A stretch of DNA of 47,808 nucleotides from Sphagnum compactum (Eukaryota). Positions 1 to 12,600 of this stretch are shown in pieces (positions within the stretch are counted from its first letter, which is position 1; each line of letters opens with the position of its first letter). The stretch covers positions 6,262,001 through 6,309,808 of the forward strand of contig OZ234493.1 in assembly GCA_965153455.1 (NCBI GenBank). The letters are read 5' to 3'. The notes below the pieces were generated by a model. The model made no database searches. It saw nothing but the letters and a program-made list of their open reading frames with translations, and was not told where the DNA came from. Both the position numbers and the translations under genes were made by a program.

Positions 1-2599
1 AAAGAATGACTTTTCATTTGATTTTTATTCCATAAAGGCCATACATGTCCCATTAGTTGTAAAGGTGACCAAAATTGACCGTAACCTTATGAAATAATAA
101 TAAAGTCAATATTGAAAACATATTCAACATTATATAAATGAATAATTTTGGTATGCACAAGGAATGTATTAAAATCATATTTAGTTATATTAAAAATATA
201 TTCAAATATATCAAACATAAATTTTTATACATGTATATTTTTGGATTATTAAATATGTATTTAAAATATACATAAAATATATTATGGCCATATTCCAAGC
301 GTATCCATGGTTTATTATATTGACAAAAACTATTATTTTTGTCTTATTATTGTTACAATTAAATATTCATTTATGTAGTTAGTAGTACTTACAACAATTG
401 ACATAACAAACAAATAATAATAATGTTATAGGTAATTTTGTTTGGCTACCTCTTAGCTAAATTATTGATTCAATAAAAATGACAATAATAGTTATTCCTT
501 TGAATTTTATTTTAAAATAAAATAAAATAAACTTGTAATTAAATGTACTTAATTCAAATAGATTAATAAATAAATTTACCCACAAAATATTATAGTAAAA
601 TTAATGTAATGAGCCAAAAAAAATCATTATAATAATAAATTAATGATTTCATTTATAATTGAAATTAATGTTGATAAACTATAACTTGCATTTAAAAATT
701 TAAGTTTTTAGTTCAAATTTTTATAATAACTTTATTGTACTTAATGTATAATTATTGTAAAATCAGTGTAATTATTATATTTAGACAATAATTATAGTAG
801 TTCCATAATCTACATTTCATATATTTAGTTATTCATAATTAATCATTTATATTCTTTAAATTAATTAATTATAATTGCATAGATTATATTGTAGTATATA
901 TATATATATATAAATTTCCAGTAATTTTTTATTATATATATTTCTAATAATTTTATTATAATTAAAAATAAACGTAATTACCATAGATTATTATGTTTAT
1001 TATTTATAATTACTTACTTAAAATTAATCATTTGTTTTAAAACTCACGTTTTAATAACAATAGGTAACTTGTTATTTTAAAAGTAAAAATAATTATATTT
1101 TAACATTAATTACATAATCTATAGATAAATTAATTTTTTATAGTTTACAGTTTGAAATTATTGTAGTTATCTATTTATTTATTTATGAATTATGTATTCA
1201 TAACTTATAACAATTTAATTATTTAGTCAAGTATTAATAAGTTACGAGTTGTTTAAATAGGTGAAAATGAATTGTTAATATTTACTAGGTTAATATTTTT
1301 TAATATATTCAATTTATTAATTATTAATTACATAATAATATAATTATTTACTTAGTCATTTACTTGATTTAATTGTATTATATAAATAAACTTAAATGGG
1401 AAAAAAAACACAGTTAAAGTTTTGTAGTTGTAACTTAGTTTAATTTGTGACTAAATTAAAACTTCAAAACTTATTTTGTATTGTTTTTCTCCATTCCCAT
1501 TTTGAGAACTATATAAAAAAGGGGTGTGGTTTTATATTTTCAAATTTAAAAGTAATGGCGTATGGGATGAGCTAAGGAAAAGGCTTAACCCAAGATATAA
1601 TAAAAATGTTTACAGACCATTTTTAAATACCTACCTCCCTCACCTATTTAACTATTTATCTATTTAACTAACTATGTAGGTAGGTAGGTAACCTAGGTTT
1701 GTGGGTAGGTATTTAGTACTAGATACTTACCTAAATACATACCTACCTATTAACCTATTAACCTACCTAAGTACCTAACTATTTACATAAATACCATTAG
1801 CCTACCTAAATATTAACATTAATTTATTTTGATAAAAACTCAAAGTAATATGCCATGTGGTAGATCTATATTACACCACATGTCACAATTTTAAACCATC
1901 CAAGGATCTGAATAGGATGTTTTAAATTATTTCAAAATCAAAATAATTTTTTTAATCTCAAATAATTAAAAGTTGGGACATATGGCTTCATGTCACTTGC
2001 CCTCATTAGTGAGCAAAATAGTTGCATTTTACTTGCATGTAACAATACATATACAATGGAATCAAAAGATGAATTTGTATATTATTGATTTTTCTTTCAT
2101 TCAATACCCCTTGTGGTTTGTGATTATGGTCACATGTGACTTGACTTTTGTGACTATAGGAAGTTTAGTTGTATATGTCACTTGTAATTAAGATTTAGTT
2201 GCCAGCACCAATTACAAATCCAATTTTTCTTTTATTGTAAGTTGTTGTTATAAGCTAGCCATGTGATTAAACCTTAATTCAATAATAATGGTAAAGGATT
2301 GGCACGAGTTAATAATGAGAATGTGGGTAAGTTTTCAATTGGTAAGTTAATAAAACAATACGAATCGGTGTTGGATCAATCTATGTATCATGGTATGTGA
2401 GCAACAAATATTTAATAGGTAAGAACGGATGCAAACCCTATATTAATTGGAAAGGGGTAACATGTAGCTATTTTAAAGGCGAAGTAAGAAAAAATATTGT
2501 GGGTAGAAATTAATCCTAGTCATTATGCTTTTCACCAATGAATTTGGTAAACAATGTACTAATAACTTTGTGAGTACTTTTAGCTTGTCCATTACCCTA

Positions 2600-3300
2600 C
2601 AAATAATAGGTTGTGGAATTAATATGTTTGAATAGAAAATGATCAACAAAATGGGTTTTTACAACAAGAAGACCCAAGTTTTCCAAAAAACGTTTTATTG
2701 TGCACATTATTTTTTTATAAAGATCTATGGCCCAAAAAAAATTAAAGATGTCGCTCCTATTTATTGTTGGCCTTTTCTTTGCAAGTTCTCTTTCCATCAA
2801 ACTTTTCGTGTTATTGTTCACAAGTTTTCTTCCAATGTTTTTACAATTAATCCATGGTTTGCATCCACATGTTTCTTCAATACAATTATACCATTACTTT
2901 TGAAATAAAATACTAGATTCTTCCTCAACCTTGTCCTTAGGTAGAGAAAAGACATTAGACTATTATAACACACCATAGAAGGCATCAGTTTTGGAACATT
3001 TACATCCACTTTTGACCCACAATTAACACAATAGAATGCCCAACATACAAAATCCCTACCATTAGACTTCTAATGAATTTTTTGCTCATGCAAAATTTTC
3101 AAGATTAAATGCAATGTTTCATCATTTATTGATTGTGAACTTTGCAATGTCTCAAACCTTTTAAACCTTTCCTTTTCACTTTTATCTTTTGGAAAAATCT
3201 CACTTTCATTCATGATAAGATTAAAGCTCTCCTCCACATGGATTGATACCATAATTTTAGGATTTGTTAACAAATTAGTGTTGAAAAAGCTAGTATTCTT
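2600..3300 (-). pseudogene. Decayed AT-rich hAT-type transposase N-terminal (BED-finger-like) remnant
   Basis: Broken minus-strand frames join to ...CWAFYCVNCGSKVDVNVPK..MVCYN...YFKSNGIIVLKKHVDANHGLIV...LAKKRPTINRSDIFNFF. The W..F / C / NG...LKKH...H layout resembles a hAT BED finger. Stops and frameshifts present. Family call from memory. Confidence 0.5.
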
Positions 3301-4768
3301 CAAATTTTGGCAATTGTGATTTGTTTATAATATATAATTTCAATAAACCATAAACAAGCAATTAATGAAAGCAATTACAAATATTTACGAGTTCATCACT
3401 CACTTTATCTACGATGATGCATGACATTATAAAAATATGTCGATGAAAATATGCAAGTGCAAATGAAGTGTCAAATGTTGTCCTTGTTTACAAAGATGGG
3501 TTTAAAAAATGTAAGTCAAAAATGCCTCCCCAAACAATGAAGAAGGTTTAGTAGAACAAACATCGACAATATGACAAGCAAAAGCAAAGCTAGTACTTGA
3601 AACTTCACTAGAATAGTGGGCAGGTCCAGTGTTTCTTTTTACTGGCAAATTTTTGCCAAATTTCAACCTGAAAAACACCAATTGAGAAAAATGGCCAAAA
3701 TTAGTCAGATTTCGAATTAAAAAAATTCCAAATCACCAATGTATTATGATAACTTCCAGAAGGAAGCAAAGAACATAGATTTTTTTATATAAAAAAATTA
3801 ATCTTCATATCTATTATGTAGCCAAATTTGGCTAAATTATTTTCTGGATGATGGACACACTTTGGCTACATCACAAAATCCATGGAAGAAAGCCGGAGCA
3901 AGTGTCTGATCTTTTTACATAAACACCCCCAACAATTTGAATGAGGATAGTACAAATAATGGGTGAGTATCAATTCTTTGTCCCTAAGATGAATTTTTGT
4001 AATGGCATATACTAGTGAATGCAAGCTATAATGGCTCACTTTTGTTGAAACGAGGTAAAACAACGTATTCCCGATTTAGCAAGGAAGAGTAATGAGTGGA
4101 GGAGATTATGGACGGACTCTGGATTGAGCTGCCACTTCTGTAGGAAGAGGCAAACTCGACCACAAAGCTCGGGATAAGAAGGAAGGAAGAATTGGGAAGA
4201 ATTATGCTCTCTCTTGGTATGTGTAGCCGTGGCCACAGTGAAGTGAACCAGCACCCACCAGTGCACCATGAAGGATGGATGAATGGTAAGTGGTCCCAAA
4301 ACAGTTTTTCGTTGGGTTCCAGTTCCCAAGCTAACCATGATGGATGGTTAGCTCAGTTGCTTTTCTTTTCTACCTATCTACCTACTAACAACCCTACAAG
4401 GGGGGAGGTTGTTAGTAGGTAGGTAGTAAAAAAAAAGCCCCTTGCATATGTATAAACCATCTACTTATCTAGTATTTACCTATTTTCCTACCTATCTACC
4501 TATATATGAGAGCTATTTCAAATTGGGAAAACCCAAATGGGATCCCCAAATTCAGCACATCAGTTTTTTTTTTGTTTTTCATTCATGGGCTGCCCACCTC
4601 TAATTTATATTATGGGGGCTAAATATATGGGCTAGGGGGGCTAAGGTGATGTTGGCTATTGATTATGGTTGTTCACAATTTGATTTTTTTATTGATTATT
4701 GTTATGGCTATTGGTTATGGTTATTAGTTTTGGCTATTTGCTATGGGTTTTGGTTATTGTCGATTGTC

Positions 4769-4935
4769 TATTGTTGATGGCTATAGATGATTATTATGGC
4801 TATTGGTTATCGGTTATTGTTGATGGCTATAGATGATTATTATGGCTATTGGTTATCGGTTATTGTTGATGGCTTTAGATTATTATGGCTATTGGTTTTG
4901 GTTGTTGCCTATTGTTGATGGCTATAAATTATTAT
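4769..4935 (+). repeat. 46-bp minisatellite (~3.5 copies) within a GGCTATT/GGTTATT-rich tract (about 4650-4990)
   Basis: Unit TATTGTTGATGGCTATAGATGATTATTATGGCTATTGGTTATCGGT starts at 4769 and 4815 (identical), then at 4861 (diverged). Confidence 0.85.
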
Positions 4936-5009
4936 AATGGTTATTTGATTATTTTTTTTGGCTATTGATTATCTGTTTTGGCTACTGATTATTTTAAAGT
5001 TCAATTTTT

Positions 5010-5516
5010 AGAGTTTAGGGTTTGGGCCTTCAAGATTTGATTTTAAAAAGTTAGGGTATGGGCTTTCAAAGGTTAAATATTAGGGTTTAACTTTTTAGGT
5101 TTAATTTTTAAAACGTAAGTTTGGGTTTTTTAGAGTTTCATTTTAGGTTCTAGTTGGATTTGTTTTAGGGTTTGAGTTTAAAGGTTTAATTGTAGGGTTT
5201 AGGTTTGGGCTTTGCAAGGTTGAATTTTAAGGTTTAGGTTTGAACTTTTGTGGGTCCAAATGTAGGGTTTGATTTTGAAATTTAAGTTTGGGCTTATTAG
5301 GGGTTGAATTTAAGGTTTAAATTTGGTCTTTTGTGGGTCCACATGTTAAAATTTGGTTTTAGAGTTTAGGGTTGGGCTTTTTAAGGTTTGAATTATAGGG
5401 TTTGGTTTTTTAATTTATATTTGAATTTTTTAGGGTCTGAATTTTAAGGCTTGTTTTTTAAGTTTAAATTTGAATTTTTAAGGTTTGACTTTATAGTTTA
5501 GGAATTGCAATTTTAG
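5010..5516 (+). repeat. Degenerate TTTAGGG(TTT) telomere-like tract, resuming at 8082-8170 after the hAT insertion
   Basis: Many TTTAGGGTTT / TTAGGGTT variants on both sides of the hAT element. Confidence 0.6.
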
Positions 5517-8081
5517 CAGGCCTCCTTAAATGTGGGATTTTAAAAATAGACCTCACTTTTACCACATTTAAACCTCGTCGGACCCCACTTTTAAGAGAGT
5601 GAGTCATGAATTGTCCAAAGGTGCAAAACGATGCACCTGGGCTCAATTACAGGCAGAAAGTAGACTTGCGGACCTTGTTGCGGACCTCCGCGTCGCTATC
5701 GTGATCATGCCGCCGAAGAAGAAGTCGAGCCCTTGGCAGCCGGCCTACAAACAGAAGCTCGGGCTGCACGTGACGAACCGCGACGTCAAGACATCCGCGG
5801 TTATCGAGGCGGTCTGCTCGTTTTGCAAATACTTTGGGTGGTAAGTCGACATGGCGAACCGGAAGCGCGTTGCGCGCGTCGCAAACCAGACGTACGGGCT
5901 CGACTTCCATGCGGATGTCATGATCAAACACATGGAGTCACAGCACCAGGAGAAATGGAGCAAGTACCAGGCATTGTCGCCGTCCGACCAGGTCAAGTTC
6001 TTCGACGGGATCGTGTCGCGCAACAACACGCTGCACTGGTACATCGAGATTGACGATGACGAGCTGACGCTCAAGATCTCGAACGTCGTCGTCAATACGA
6101 TCATTGGCGAGCTCTTGTTCCGGCCTGAGGACGAGATGGCCGCCCTCGAGCACAACGATGGCGAGGTTCTCGATCCGAATATCGCTGAACGTGCTACTCG
6201 TCTGATCAAGCTGAAACGCAACGCATTGCTGTTGTTCAAGCCGGATGGCGAAGCTGACGACGGGTCGTACGTCGTCGTGATCAAGAACGTCAAGCGGTTC
6301 CAGCTCATCATCAAGCACGCGTCGTGCGGCATGTTGTTTCGGCAGATCGCGGCTGCGATCGGACACACGCATGATGTGATGAGCATCGGCAAGTTGACCG
6401 ACGTGAGTGACCATCTGGTCGGCCAGTATGTCCGCGTTTTCGTCGGCGTCGCCCTAACCAAGATCGGCGTCCTGCTCTCGAGCGACGACGTGTGGGCGTT
6501 CTCTATCGCGTTCGATGGCAGCACCCATCGCGGCACCACGTTCTTCGACGTCCGCATCCGCATCTCTGTCAAAGGGATCCTCTACAATTTTCATCTGATC
6601 GCGATGCCGCACTTCGGTCACCACACAGCCAACCTGCAGGTCAAAATGCTCGTGACGCTTCTCGGCGCGCTCTGTGTGTCGTGGGCCGACAAGCTGATCG
6701 GGGTTGCGACCGATGGCGAGCGCACGAACATGGGACACATCACCGGCATTCAGAAGCAACTTGTCGACCTCGTGACGCATGACGTCACACAGGTGAACTG
6801 TGTCAACCACCAAGCCGATCTCGTTGTTCAAGCCACTGTCAAGCTGATCGATGAAGGCGAATTCGTCGCAAAAGTCTATGAGGCGACGGTCTACCTTCGC
6901 AAGCAGAACACGCTGATCACCGAGATGGGCGTCGCCAACCCGAAGAAGATGAACCGGTGGGCCGCACTGAATAGTGTCCTCCAGTTCGATATCAAGTACG
7001 AGCGACAAATCATCGCGTTTATTAACGAACGGTGCGAGCAGCGTGGTGTGGCCGTCCCGCCTGTTCTGTTGGAGACGTGGTGGGTCCAAGTCTTTGCGGT
7101 GGCACCTGGCCTCGAACTCGTCCACAAGATGTTCTGCGAGTTGCAAGCTCGCCTCCTTCTCACCTGCCAACAACGCGCGTACGTCAACAAGCTCGTGGTC
7201 GACCTTCAGATGGTGTACAAGGTGCGCCGCATTGATATCGACGCTGAGCTCGGCGACCTCGAGGCGTCAGACTACTTCCAGCGATTTGATTGGTTCGTCA
7301 CCTTCGAATTGCTCGAGTTGTTCGTCCGCAATCAGGGTTCGCGTGCCGAGGCGCACTTCGATGCGCTCGACGACGTCGCGCAGCGCGATGTGCTGACATC
7401 GATTGGCATGTTCGCTATGGGCATTGTTCAAGGCATTATCGACATCTAAGTTGAACGTAATTCACGCAATGAGCCTGCCGACAAGGAGGCGCCGCCCATC
7501 ATACCGTCCGATCTTGTTCGTGTTCAACCTGTCGTGTTCGTCCGCGACGTCCTGCAGCCGCGCAGTGCGCACTTGATCAAGGCGAACTGGGACGTGGACG
7601 CCATCTACAAGATTGAGCAGCAGCATCGCGATCTGGTCAAGGCGTATAAGTACGAGCCCTCCATCAAGACGATCCTCGACCAGCACGACCTCAAGACAAA
7701 ATTCAATGACGCGTGGGAGGCTCTGGGTATTTGGTTCGCGACCCTACGAACGTTCTGTGGCGGCCTCGCGACGCTGTTCCCGAACTCGACCCCCGTCGAA
7801 TCAGACTTCTCCATTCTCAAATGGGAAAAGGACTCGTACCACGACAATTTACTCGACCTGTCGCTAGAGGGTGTCTTCCAGACCAAGCAGTTTGACACAC
7901 TGGCCATCATCTAAACCATGTTTTATTCCTGACTTCGCTATCATGAATAAAACGAACGTAACAGAGGCGCCTATCTGACTCTAAAGTCTAAATTCTAAAT
8001 GGCACACCTGGACCCCCCAGTCGACCCCACTTTTAGCTTATGAGGGTTAAAAGTGGGGTTTACCACTCTTAAGGAGGCCTG
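5517..8081 (+). mobile_element. Full-length hAT-superfamily DNA transposon (2565 bp), GC-rich
   Basis: TIR CAGGCCTCCTTAA (5517-5529) / TTAAGGAGGCCTG (8069-8081). Perfect 8-bp TSD AATTTTAG (5509-5516, 8082-8089). Subterminal CCCCACTTTT-type motifs at 5551, 5583, 8025 and inverted at 8049. Internal transposase frame. Confidence 0.93.
5707..7914 (+). pseudogene. hAT-like DDE transposase, 735 codons, intronless, disrupted by two in-frame TAA stops (5842-5844, 7447-7449)
   Basis: ORFs 5599-5844, 5851-7449 and 7534-7914 are all in one frame. ATG 5707 gives MPPKKK (NLS-like). Motifs: CSFC...KHMESQH zinc-finger-like, AFDGSTH (D, 6514), ATDGE (D, 6712), CVNH (CxxH), NRW, PNSTPVESDFS (E, 7798). AATAAA at 7946. 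Confidence 0.88.
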
Positions 8082-8327
8082 AATTTTAGGGTTTAGTTAT
8101 AGGGTTAGGATTTTTAAAATATGGTTGTCAAAATTTAGGGTTTTAGAATAAAATATTAGGGTTTAAGTGATGGTTTGTACTTTTGTAGACTATGGTTTAT
8201 ATCTAGTAGGGTAGGTTAGTACTTAAAATGTAAATTAAGACTCCAATGTGGACTATATGAAGAATATGTCTTCTTTCTTTTCTTTCCTTCTTGTTTTCAT
8301 CAATTCTTATTTCATTTTGAGCCTTAA

Positions 8328-8636
8328 ATGATGTCTTCTTCAAGCTCTTCAAATAATGATGATTCCACCTCACCTTCAAGTGATGAGGATATTTTGGAGG
8401 ACATGGACCAAGATGACCTTGTCATTTTTCAAACGATGGCTTCGAACATTAATGATTTTTTCAATTCACATGAAATGGAAGAAGGGGTAGGGTCAATCTG
8501 TTGATCTGACCGTTAATGTTCATGATGTTTTGGGTACGATGCAAACTACATTGACATTATTCAAGACTTTGACAAACTTTACATTGGAGGAACTTGATGA
8601 ATTGGCTTCTTGAGTGGTCCCTACCATTAAAGCCCA
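8328..8636 (+). pseudogene. Decayed PIF/Harbinger(ISL2EU)-like transposase N-terminal fragment
   Basis: Acidic N-terminus MSSSSSSNNDDSTSPSSDEDILEDMDQDD..., frameshift near 8490, then ...LFKTLTNFTLEELDELAS*VVPTI, resembling the HTH_Tnp_4 motif (F..LT.FT.EEF.EL). Family call from memory. Confidence 0.4.
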
Positions 8637-9464
8637 ATGCTTAAGTTCTTATTGTATATGTAGATTGTATTTTTAATATTTTCAGAACAAGTTTGTATGC
8701 TTTAAATGTTTTAGATTAAAAGTGAATTAGATGGTTCCTTGTGTAATCAAACATTTCATTTCTTTTGTCCTACTAACTTCTTTTATTTGTATATTTGTTT
8801 TATAGTATCGTAGGAATGATTGTATCATCTTTAGTTCAAGTGGAGGAAAACAATGTGCATTTGGAGATTTGTCAAGTTTGGGGGTGAAGGAATTGTACAT
8901 CATAATTATTCAATGCTAGAACATGGCCTTTCTGTTGGCATTACAACTTGCTTGATAAGAGGTGTTCATTTGTCAATTCCAAACTTAGACCATAACCCTT
9001 TTTTTTATATTGTTGAAGATGTAATTGGGTATTTTGTGCTTTGTCTTTGGAAACAAATCATTTCATTCTACTCGACGATCATGTTATATGGTGTACATTG
9101 ACTCAAGTAAACCTTGGATCAAATCATGTTTTGTACATTTTGAAACTTTTACAATGTGATGAAATATTGGTTTGCAACTCTTTGTATGTTTGTGCAACAG
9201 TATACATGTGTGTGGTGTCAATGATCCATGCAATGTTTGTGTGAAATATGGGTCTATACAAGTTCAAACTAGATAACATGTGAATATGATGTAGGTATAT
9301 ATTTGTAATAACATAGTGTAGGGTTAATTAGACTATACATTAGGTTAAAATGTTGGTATAAATGTATTATTAATCAGTTAAAGAATGAACAAATAACTAG
9401 AAGACAATTTGGCATGTTTTGCAATCATCCACATAATCAATATCATTCACAAAATCAGTCACAA

Positions 9465-9860
9465 CAAATAGCCATGTGGCACATAAATATAGGTTGATTC
9501 ATTACTCACCTTAGTTAAAATAAACAATCCATGTGTCAACTAGGTATAGGCACATTTGTTAGTCATCACAATCAAAACAAATGTGCCATGTGGCACCTAA
9601 TTATTAGCATAATCATATTAGCCAAAACATACATGCCATACATGGCATGTAGGTATTGGCAAACTTTATAATCATTTCAATCACAACATACATTCCATGT
9701 GGCACCAAAATATAGGCCAACATATTAATCATGTTTAGTTAGTTCAATCAAAATATATATACTAGGTGTCACCTTGGTATAGGCCAACATGTTAGTAATT
9801 TTAGTCAAAACATACATGCCATTTGGCAGCCAAGTTAGCTAGGTACTTAGTTAGGTATGT
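9465..9860 (+). repeat. Degenerate ~55-65-bp tandem repeat with CCATGTGGCAC core
   Basis: Core variants near 9472, 9529, 9586, 9641, 9695, 9764 and 9819, each followed by TATAGGC..TTAGTC..AAAACA-like sequence. Confidence 0.6.
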
Positions 9861-10173
9861 CAGAATCGACACTACAAATTTTAGTCACAATATACATTCA
9901 GTCAAAATAGACTTACTATGATTTTAGTCTAAAATGACTGGTCCATTTTGGCTTAGGACATTTCTATCCATTGTATGTTATGATTGAAATTTCAATTAGA
10001 AAAGACAACATAAAACCTTTAATTTTGTAATAATGATTAAAGAACAAAAAAAGAATGAAAGAGAGGAATAAAAAACAAGGAGAATAATTAAATTTTTAAC
10101 CTAGCTGAATGAACAATTCAATGTAGGGTTGAAAAACAAGCAAGGGTTGCCTTCAATAAAACTTGGTCTATAA

Positions 10174-10973
10174 TCTTATATATAAAAGCAAACGTGGTGT
10201 CTGTCTGTCTGTCCGTGTGGACAAAAATTGGGCAATGCCTGGAAGATTCTTCCAGTCATTGCCCGTTCCCTGTGGAGCATTTGATGATGATAATAATAAT
10301 CGTCTGTGCGTCTGTCTGTCTGAACCTGTCCATTCCGACCCGTTAACAGTCTCTGCGAGGCCGATTCTGCAACCCCCCAGATGACAAATTTACTATTGCA
10401 GGATTTTTTATGCACAAAATAGGGTGGACAGTCCAAGACTGGCTTCAATAGGTGGACAGTCTAAGAAGTTGAAGATATCAACTTTTGGATGGGGGATGGT
10501 AGGGTGTTGGGGGAGGTATTTTTGGGATTTGGAAGGTGGGTGAGGAGATTTGGGTGCGCTTTTTTTTTTCCCGAAGGATGCATGGGCTAAGGGTTTAGGA
10601 GGGTCATGATTTTTATTTTTTTCGTGGAGGGGGGGAGGGGGTGGGGGTGGGGGTGGGGTTCTAGGGGTCTTAATAGGTGGAAGTGAGAAAGAACACATTG
10701 TAATATTATGTTGGGGAACACATTGGGAACCAAAGAAAAATGAAAAGAAACCCTCCCCCCACCCCCCCCCCCCCCCCCCCCCCCCGGGCCCCTCCTCCCA
10801 AAATTTAAAAGGAATAAAAGCAAGGCACCTTGAGTGCACCCTTGGGCCTTCCATTGGCTGCATGAAATTTCTATTCCCAAAAGAGTTCGTCACCGTTTAA
10901 AACCGGAGTGAGAAAAACGAAGGACCGGGTGGGGGGGATCGACGGGGTGCATTATGCACTGGGTTCACACTAG
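10174..10973 (+). mobile_element. Non-autonomous Helitron (800 bp)
   Basis: A|TCTTATATATAAAAGC 5' end with (GTCT)n microsatellite. GTGCA-TTA-TGCAC hairpin (10947-10959) 10 nt before terminal CTAG (10970-10973), followed by T. A/T insertion site, no TSD. Confidence 0.8.
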
Positions 10974-11699
10974 TAGCCATTAGAGATGTAGGGGATAGAT
11001 TTCATTGCAATTTTCAAGTTGGTTACAAAGTTCATCATCAAAGATGAAACAATGATATAACTTGGAGAAAATCAATGGCTTGACAAATAAGGAACTCGCC
11101 AATGAATAAGAATTAAACAAACTTATTATTTGAACACGGCTCATGCAAGTTAGGCACGAAATGGACTATGAATATGAAGCCACAACTTGCATTATTGATA
11201 TTGGGGGGTGGTGCCCTTCAATTGTTTTTTTCTTATACTAGTTAATGAATTTTTTAAAAAGATCATCAACCTTTTGAAAATTACACCAATTAAGCTTTCT
11301 ATAAGTTTATACTAGATAATTTCACCTACCACATTTTAAAAAAGCTTTTACCAACTATTTAAAAAAAAATTCTTCTAATTACATCTTTTAGACATTTCTA
11401 TCATTTATTCTTCTAAAACTTCTTTTAGCAGATTTTGCTAGTTTAAAAATCTTTAAAAATATTTAAAACATATTTATCAATAATCTTTCTCAAATTTAAA
11501 AAAAAAATCTTTTATAATTTCCATGACACCTATTGGATACAAAGGTGTCAATTTAAGTTTTACAACACCACTATATATATATATATGTTATAAAGGCTAG
11601 TGCTAAGGTTAAGGCCAAAATGCATGCAAAAGGACATGTAGTAAAACTCCAGCAAGTAAACACTAAATAAACTAATAGTAAAAAAGGGAGGGCGAGGGG

Positions 11700-12600
11700 G
11701 TGGTTTGAGGCAAGGTTTAGAGCTTGGGGGGTTGGAACAAGATGAGGTTGACGAACTAAGATCTTAGAAAGAGGATGTAACTTAGAGATAGGTTATAACT
11801 TAGAAAGAGGCAAAATTTTAGAGAGAAGTTACTTCAACTTATAGAGAGGCAAGGAGACAAAAATTGAAGGGAAAAAAATGCGAGACCAAAATTGGTGGGG
11901 TAAAAAAATTAAAGAAGAAGTAGTCTCAAAAAAGTCTTCAAATAGATGGAAGTAGGTTGTAGCTTATAAAGAGATGAGAAGAGAAAGAAAATCCTTTGAA
12001 AGGAGTTGATGAATAAATTAACCCAAGATAGATGAAACTACAATGCAAAGAAAGGCTTTGTAAAAAGATTCAATGAAAAAAAAAGTAACTTGAAAAGGAA
12101 CTACAACATAGAAAGAAGTGTTGAAATAGGCTTAGAGACCAGACTTGGTGGAAAAAAAAAATTAACTCAAGAAAGATGGAAGGGAGTTGCATTAAATAGA
12201 GGACTTGGTGAGAAAAGAATTAACCTAAGAGAGATGGGAAGGAGCTACAACATAAAGAAAGGCAGTGAGAGATAGGTTTAGAAGGAAAATTCAACAAGGA
12301 AAAAAAATCCGAGATGAATGGAAAGTAGTTGTAGCATAAAGAGAGGTGAGAGAGGCTTAGAAAGAGGATTTGATGAAAAAAAAAGAAAACTCAAAAGAGA
12401 TGGAAAGGAGTTGTAGTGTAGAAAGAGGTGATAACAAAAGAATCAACAAGAGTAAAAAATTCTTTTGGTAAGAATCACTGAGGGAAAAAAAGGGTGGGTC
12501 TTGGTGTACAGAGAGAAGCAAAAGAGAGGAAGCAGTTTTAAGTGGTGGGTTTGTGTGTATAGAAAGAGGTGACGAACAAAAACAACATGCGATCAACTAG
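11700..12600 (+). repeat. Purine-rich degenerate repeat tract (GAGATGGAAAGGAGTTGTAG/AGAGAGG motifs), probable TE interior
   Basis: Recurring GAGATGGAA(A)GGAG(T/C)T(G/A) motifs and strong A/G skew; no credible ORF. Confidence 0.4.

Noticed and set aside
5647-7910. Long antisense and alternate-frame ORFs over the transposase (e.g. 5745-6572, 6454-7173)
   Set aside because: Expected shadow ORFs of a GC3-rich coding region; no motifs.
9870-10035. CACTACAAA start suggesting a CACTA mini element
   Set aside because: Right end only loosely matches (TTTTGTAATAATG) and there is no 3-bp TSD.
10408-10893. 161-aa Gly/Pro-rich ORF
   Set aside because: Produced by G/C homopolymers inside the Helitron.
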